Assembly: GCA_041746255.1 (NCBI GenBank)
Contig: JBGTHM010000005.1
Location: forward strand, 79,025-143,024
Source of the DNA: Fibrobacteria bacterium
GTDB taxonomy: Bacteria; Fibrobacterota; Fibrobacteria; UBA11236
Direction: 5' to 3'
DNA length: 64,000 nucleotides
The first letter of the stretch is position 1. Each line of letters opens with the position of its first letter. Positions 59,976 to 64,000 of the stretch are shown one piece after another. The notes beneath the pieces are model-generated. The model searched no databases, had not been told where the DNA came from, and saw only the letters and a program-made list of their open reading frames with translations. A program made the position numbers and the translations under genes.

Positions 59976-61136
59976 CTAATTCGAAATTAGCACTTTTTGC
60001 ACTTGTTCTTTTCCGCTTTGAGCGTACCGTATCAAATGCAACCCCTCGGCTTCCACGGGGATGAAGCTGTCATTCAGGATACCGGTCTTGCTGAGAACAA
60101 CTTTTCCATTAAGGTTAATCACCTTGAGTTGAATCGGCGCCAGACCGGCATTCACTTTGATTCCTCCTAATTCCGGAACAACGACGAGACCATTTCCGGC
60201 AGTACCGTTTGGTGAATTCAATAATGTATTGGAACCAGCACCCTTGCTGCTGGACCACACCTTGAAATAATCGAAATAGATGTACTCCGTTTTCTTGGAC
60301 TGGAAATTCGGATCATCCGCCGAGCCGCCCCGGTAGGTGTGTACAGCAAGACCATTCACTTTTACATCTTTACCCGGAAGGCGGAACTGGACATTCGTTC
60401 TGCTCAGGGTTTTCTTTCCGTCAACATACATTTCCAGGATACCGTCGCTTTTTCCCGGGGTATTCATTTTGACATACTGCTTAATCGTATACCACTGTCC
60501 CTTCTTCACGGGTTTGAAAAATTCGATATCTTCTCCCCATTTTCTGGTGACTTTTCCGCTGGAATTTATGCGTTCCGGAAGATAAGCATAAACCACCAGA
60601 TTATCATTCCTTCTCCACATCAGGCGAACGCTGAAAGCACTATGAACGGTGGTCTTATTGGTAGTGCCTCCCCATGGCAGTGATCCATCAGGATCGACGG
60701 AACCCACCAAGCCCGGAAGCTTCCCGCCATAACAGAAGAACCAATTCGGATCGAACTTGATGCGGTACTCCATTATCGCTTCTTCTGAAGGGGGAATGTT
60801 TTTTACGAACAGGACGCCGGAATTGCCCCCACCCGCTTTATTGGCGGGGTAGTGCGTCCTAAAACTTTGCTCACCGGCCTTAGTTTTGTGGGTCCAAGTG
60901 TTTCCGGGGCTGTCCAGGCCCCGTATCTCACCCGTACCTCTATTATTTATCGCACCAAAATCCTGCCTTGCAGCCGCTTCGTCATAATCCTGAAAATCTC
61001 CGGTCCGATTGTCGAAATTGACATCTATGACAAGATTTTCCGGTTGTGCGAAACCGAAGCCGGCAAAAAGCAGGAACGCTATATTCAGTGCCTGGTATTT
61101 CAAAATCGTTTCCTTGCGAACAGAAAATTTGAACAC
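59976..61136 (-). CDS. Secreted PL14-like polysaccharide lyase with T9SS-like CTD
   Basis: GGKLPGL, FSVRLMWR, YAY, VKMNTPG..DG.L...VDG, GGS; CTD INLNGK...GLHLI. Confidence 0.85.
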   Translation of the reverse strand: MFKFSVRKETILKYQALNIAFLLFAGFGFAQPENLVIDVNFDNRTGDFQDYDEAAARQDFGAINNRGTGEIRGLDSPGNTWTHKTKAGEQSFRTHYPANKAGGGNSGVLFVKNIPPSEEAIMEYRIKFDPNWFFCYGGKLPGLVGSVDPDGSLPWGGTTNKTTVHSAFSVRLMWRRNDNLVVYAYLPERINSSGKVTRKWGEDIEFFKPVKKGQWYTIKQYVKMNTPGKSDGILEMYVDGKKTLSRTNVQFRLPGKDVKVNGLAVHTYRGGSADDPNFQSKKTEYIYFDYFKVWSSSKGAGSNTLLNSPNGTAGNGLVVVPELGGIKVNAGLAPIQLKVINLNGKVVLSKTGILNDSFIPVEAEGLHLIRYAQSGKEQVQKVLISN

Positions 61137-61146
61137 TTCCCCTCCC

Positions 61147-62217
61147 CTAATTCCCTAACATCACTTTTTTAGTGACTTCTGTTCTGTTTTGCCTGAATCG
61201 TAGGAGGTATAGGCCTTTTGATTGGATAGGAACAAAACTGTTTATAAACACCCCCGTCCTGCTGTAGGCGACTTCGCCCCTGAGGTCAATCACTTCCAAT
61301 CGTACCGGATCCTTCCCGGCGTTTACTTTGAATCCGCCTGACTGGGGGGTTATCGTGAACGCATTTCCGCTTATCCCGCCGCCGTGGTTGAATATGCTGG
61401 ATTGTGGCGTTCCAGTCTTGCCTTCAAGAGGATCCAATACGGATTCCAAAGTGGTTCCCACTCTCATTTCATCCAAGTCCACGGTGATATTGAAGGCTCT
61501 GGATGTTTCGTTATAGGCCCCCCATTTGAAATACATCAACCCTTCTTCATGGGTGCGGAAAGGCGCTTGCTGTTGATTATTTTGATTGCGAACATTTTGT
61601 TTTTTTCCGTTTATCCAGACTTCCACGAATCCTTCTTTATCGGTTTTCGCAAACTTGAACCCCAGGACTATGTCCATCCATGTGTCTTCGTTCATCGGGT
61701 GATTGGTAAAGGTTACTTTTCTGGGGCTGACAGACTCACTTGCATTTTTTCCCGGGGTTATCCCCTGTACATTCATGTTCTTTTTAGCAGCGTCAAAACC
61801 AATTGATACCGGATGGTTTTGCAGCAAATTCCCCTGGGTTTTCAATTGGAAAATGGCAAAACCTCCATTGGGTTTTTTGCTTCCGGCCACATTTACTTTT
61901 ACCCGCCACCCGACGAAAACCCTGTCGCCGTTGTTGATTTTGTAATTGTTGACTTCACCGGTAGTTCTGGCGAACTCCGTCCGCTTTGATCTTGCGGGCT
62001 TGTTTATCCTCCAAACATTTCCATGAACCGGGTCCTGTACCGTGGTTACGGTACCGTCTTCACCTGGCTCCCGATTCAAATTGTAAAAGCTGTCCTTCCA
62101 AGGCCTTTCTGGATCGCCATACCATAAAACATTGGCGTCAGAAAAGGTGAAGGAGAAAAGGAGAATCACCAGAAGTTTAAAAGGTGAAATTATTGCAACA
62201 TTGTTTTGTTTATTCAT
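61147..62217 (-). CDS. Secreted polysaccharide lyase (heparin lyase I/PL20-like jelly roll) with T9SS-like CTD
   Basis: RTE, IFQLK, G.VEVWING, YFKWGAY; CTD IDLRGE...GLYLL...KK. Confidence 0.78.
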   Translation of the reverse strand: MNKQNNVAIISPFKLLVILLFSFTFSDANVLWYGDPERPWKDSFYNLNREPGEDGTVTTVQDPVHGNVWRINKPARSKRTEFARTTGEVNNYKINNGDRVFVGWRVKVNVAGSKKPNGGFAIFQLKTQGNLLQNHPVSIGFDAAKKNMNVQGITPGKNASESVSPRKVTFTNHPMNEDTWMDIVLGFKFAKTDKEGFVEVWINGKKQNVRNQNNQQQAPFRTHEEGLMYFKWGAYNETSRAFNITVDLDEMRVGTTLESVLDPLEGKTGTPQSSIFNHGGGISGNAFTITPQSGGFKVNAGKDPVRLEVIDLRGEVAYSRTGVFINSFVPIQSKGLYLLRFRQNRTEVTKKVMLGN

Positions 62218-62318
62218 GGTTCGCTTCGAATTGCAAAAGGTTTTTCCCCTGCCATTAATAGGGTGGCACATCCCTATATTAGGGTTGATCTTTTTGAATG
62301 CTGCTTGTGCTTGGCTGG

Positions 62319-62338
62319 ATTTGTTCCCAAGTGGAAAC
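62319..62338. promoter_or_regulatory. Copy 1 of a 20-bp upstream motif (near-palindrome)
   Basis: ATTTGTTCCCAAGTGGAAAC, identical to 63084-63103. Confidence 0.65.
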
Positions 62339-62365
62339 GGTATGCATGAAAAACCCGAAAATACC

Positions 62366-62827
62366 CTATAAATTCTCTAAATTCTCAAGAGAAGACCTGC
62401 CTAGACGCCGGTACCAGCAGTTGGGTTTTCCAGTCATTACCGGTTGTATTAAGCCGGCCTGCGTCTTGCGATCTTCCTGATACCACCTTGACCATTTATT
62501 AAAATCATCTCTTTGAATTACGCTATTACCTAGGGTATGAATGTTTATATCATTCTCGATCGATAAGGTCGAATAGGGACCCTTCTCAACCATTTCCTTT
62601 TTCACGCTTATTTTCGAACCGGTTATGCCTTTAGTAGAATTTGAATTAATGGGTATGAGCTTATTATCAAGGATGGATTTCCAGGTAGGGTCAGCCCCAT
62701 CTTGTGTGTATAAATTCATACCATTGGCGAATTTCTGTGTATATGATTGCTGAGCCCATGCCAGATTACTTGATGAACACAGGATGGTTATTGTTATCAG
62801 AATAGATTTAAAGAATCGTCTATTCAT
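62366..62827 (-). pseudogene. Probably truncated secreted protein
   Basis: Good signal peptide, AT-rich; sequence character changes after RWYQED; no CTD unlike its neighbours. Confidence 0.45.
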
Positions 62828-63083
62828 TTGAACCCCATTTCGTAACCGTTAAATTTGGTTTTAACACGAAACTTATTTTTGATAGCGATATCCTCGATCA
62901 GGCTGAAAATGTGGTTAATGAAGAGAAAATCGCGATGCCGACCGACAAGGGTGGCTGAAATTTGTAACCCGAAGACGGTAGAAGATTTATTGAGACCGGA
63001 ACTACTATTACCATCCCCATAAACCTATCGGTTACCGATTATAATAATGGGGTTGTTTTTTTGATGTTCCTGATTTTGGTCGA

Positions 63084-63103
63084 ATTTGTTCCCAAGTGGA
63101 AAC
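63084..63103. promoter_or_regulatory. Copy 2 of the 20-bp upstream motif
   Basis: Identical 20-mer; followed on the minus strand by an A-tract, CAACCC and TATAAT. Confidence 0.65.
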
Positions 63104-63579
63104 AATCACTGAGCCCGTTTTCGATCTATTGCCAATTGATTTACACGGACGCTATACGGGCGACGGCGGCGGAACGAGGGACCGTTCCACTTTCTACCCA
63201 CCACACTTAATCTATGAGATTTTCTTCAGCCGGGGCTATACCTTAGAGGTACAATGAAGCGATGAATCATGTTTTGGATTCGCGGAAATAAGGTAAGGGA
63301 AATAGCCCCTCCCTTTCTTATCACTTTACTTTTCTTTGGACCCCTACCATACCCATACCATGGTTGCGGGAAAGGCATGAGCGGGAATCCCAGGAAAAAG
63401 GCCAAACTCTGCTTCCTACCATGGCCTTTCCTCAGTTCAGGCTGCTAAAGCTTCAAAAAGAGGATTAATCCTTTTTTCATCCTTTAGTACGATTCCTTAG
63501 CCTTCTTTTAAGGCTTATTATTTGTTCCGTATCCGAAATCTGGAACTACTATAAGTTCCTAATCCACGGTCAGGAACTC

Positions 63580-63783
63580 ATGAAATCTTCAATAGTCAAA
63601 GCCCTCGCAATTATGATACCCGTATTCTTTATAGCTGGATGCTCCAGCAAGGACTCCGCCACACCGGCGCCACAGGTAATCAAGGTACAACCCGCTCCCG
63701 CTCCAACTCCCCCTCAATCCAAAGTCCAACTTGAAGGATCCGAAGACGGGTTCAAAGTAAAAATCGAAACTGAATCGAAGTAA
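63580..63783 (+). CDS. Small Pro-rich lipoprotein
   Basis: Lipobox IAG-C; AGGA RBS; 67 aa. Confidence 0.75.
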   Translation: MKSSIVKALAIMIPVFFIAGCSSKDSATPAPQVIKVQPAPAPTPPQSKVQLEGSEDGFKVKIETESK

Positions 63784-63875
63784 AAATCGGCACGGCGACG
63801 ATACCCGGATAAATCGACGAAAGTCGATATTCGGAACAAATCGGACGACTTTATCCAAAACCCCGCCGAACTTAT

Positions 63876-64000
63876 TGCAGAATCCGGTGAAAGTGACCGG
63901 GCGATCCGGTTCAAAGTGACCGACAGCCACCCTTGTCATAGCCGGTCACCATGGACCGGATTTCAACCGATTAGAAGTTACTCATTGCCGGTCACTTTGG
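63876..64000. mobile_element. IS21-family-like terminus (element or MITE continuing beyond the window)
   Basis: Starts with TG; direct repeats ATCCGGT(N)nAAAGTGACCG at 63882 and 63904; inverted copies at 63942 and 63988. Confidence 0.7.

Noticed and set aside
63340..63440. Complementary segments (GGAAAGGC...GCCTTTCC) as a riboswitch
   Set aside because: No recognisable aptamer consensus; cannot be supported without a covariance search.

Overview
A gene-dense bacterial chromosomal segment of mostly moderate-to-high GC. The likely source is an FCB-group organism, probably Fibrobacterota; this is inferred from T9SS-like C-terminal tails on secreted enzymes and from gene content. Housekeeping genes include lepA, trpBA, chorismate mutase, tyrA, an aroA-like gene, nadK, recN, a pgsA-like gene, rnpB (RNase P RNA), tldD/pmbA, rpsT, folC and accD. 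There are also several signalling proteins, a glycosylation cluster, and an AT-richer right end with secreted polysaccharide lyases and an IS21-like terminus. Four features stand out. (1) A seven-gene operon (51854-44772, minus strand) encodes a TPR membrane protein, a DUF4388 protein, four different Roadblock/LC7-type proteins, and an MglA GTPase fused to a ~370-aa Pro/Gly/Gln FG/NPF-repeat tail ending in a MinD-like amphipathic helix. (2) An intact EPSP-synthase homologue in the aro operon has lost almost all catalytic motifs. (3) A histone-H1-like protein carries a DksA/TraR-spaced C4 zinc finger. (4) A tandem pseudo-domain/active-domain CDP-alcohol phosphotransferase. No CRISPR array, tRNA or rRNA was seen. 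All calls come from reading motifs by eye, without database searches.
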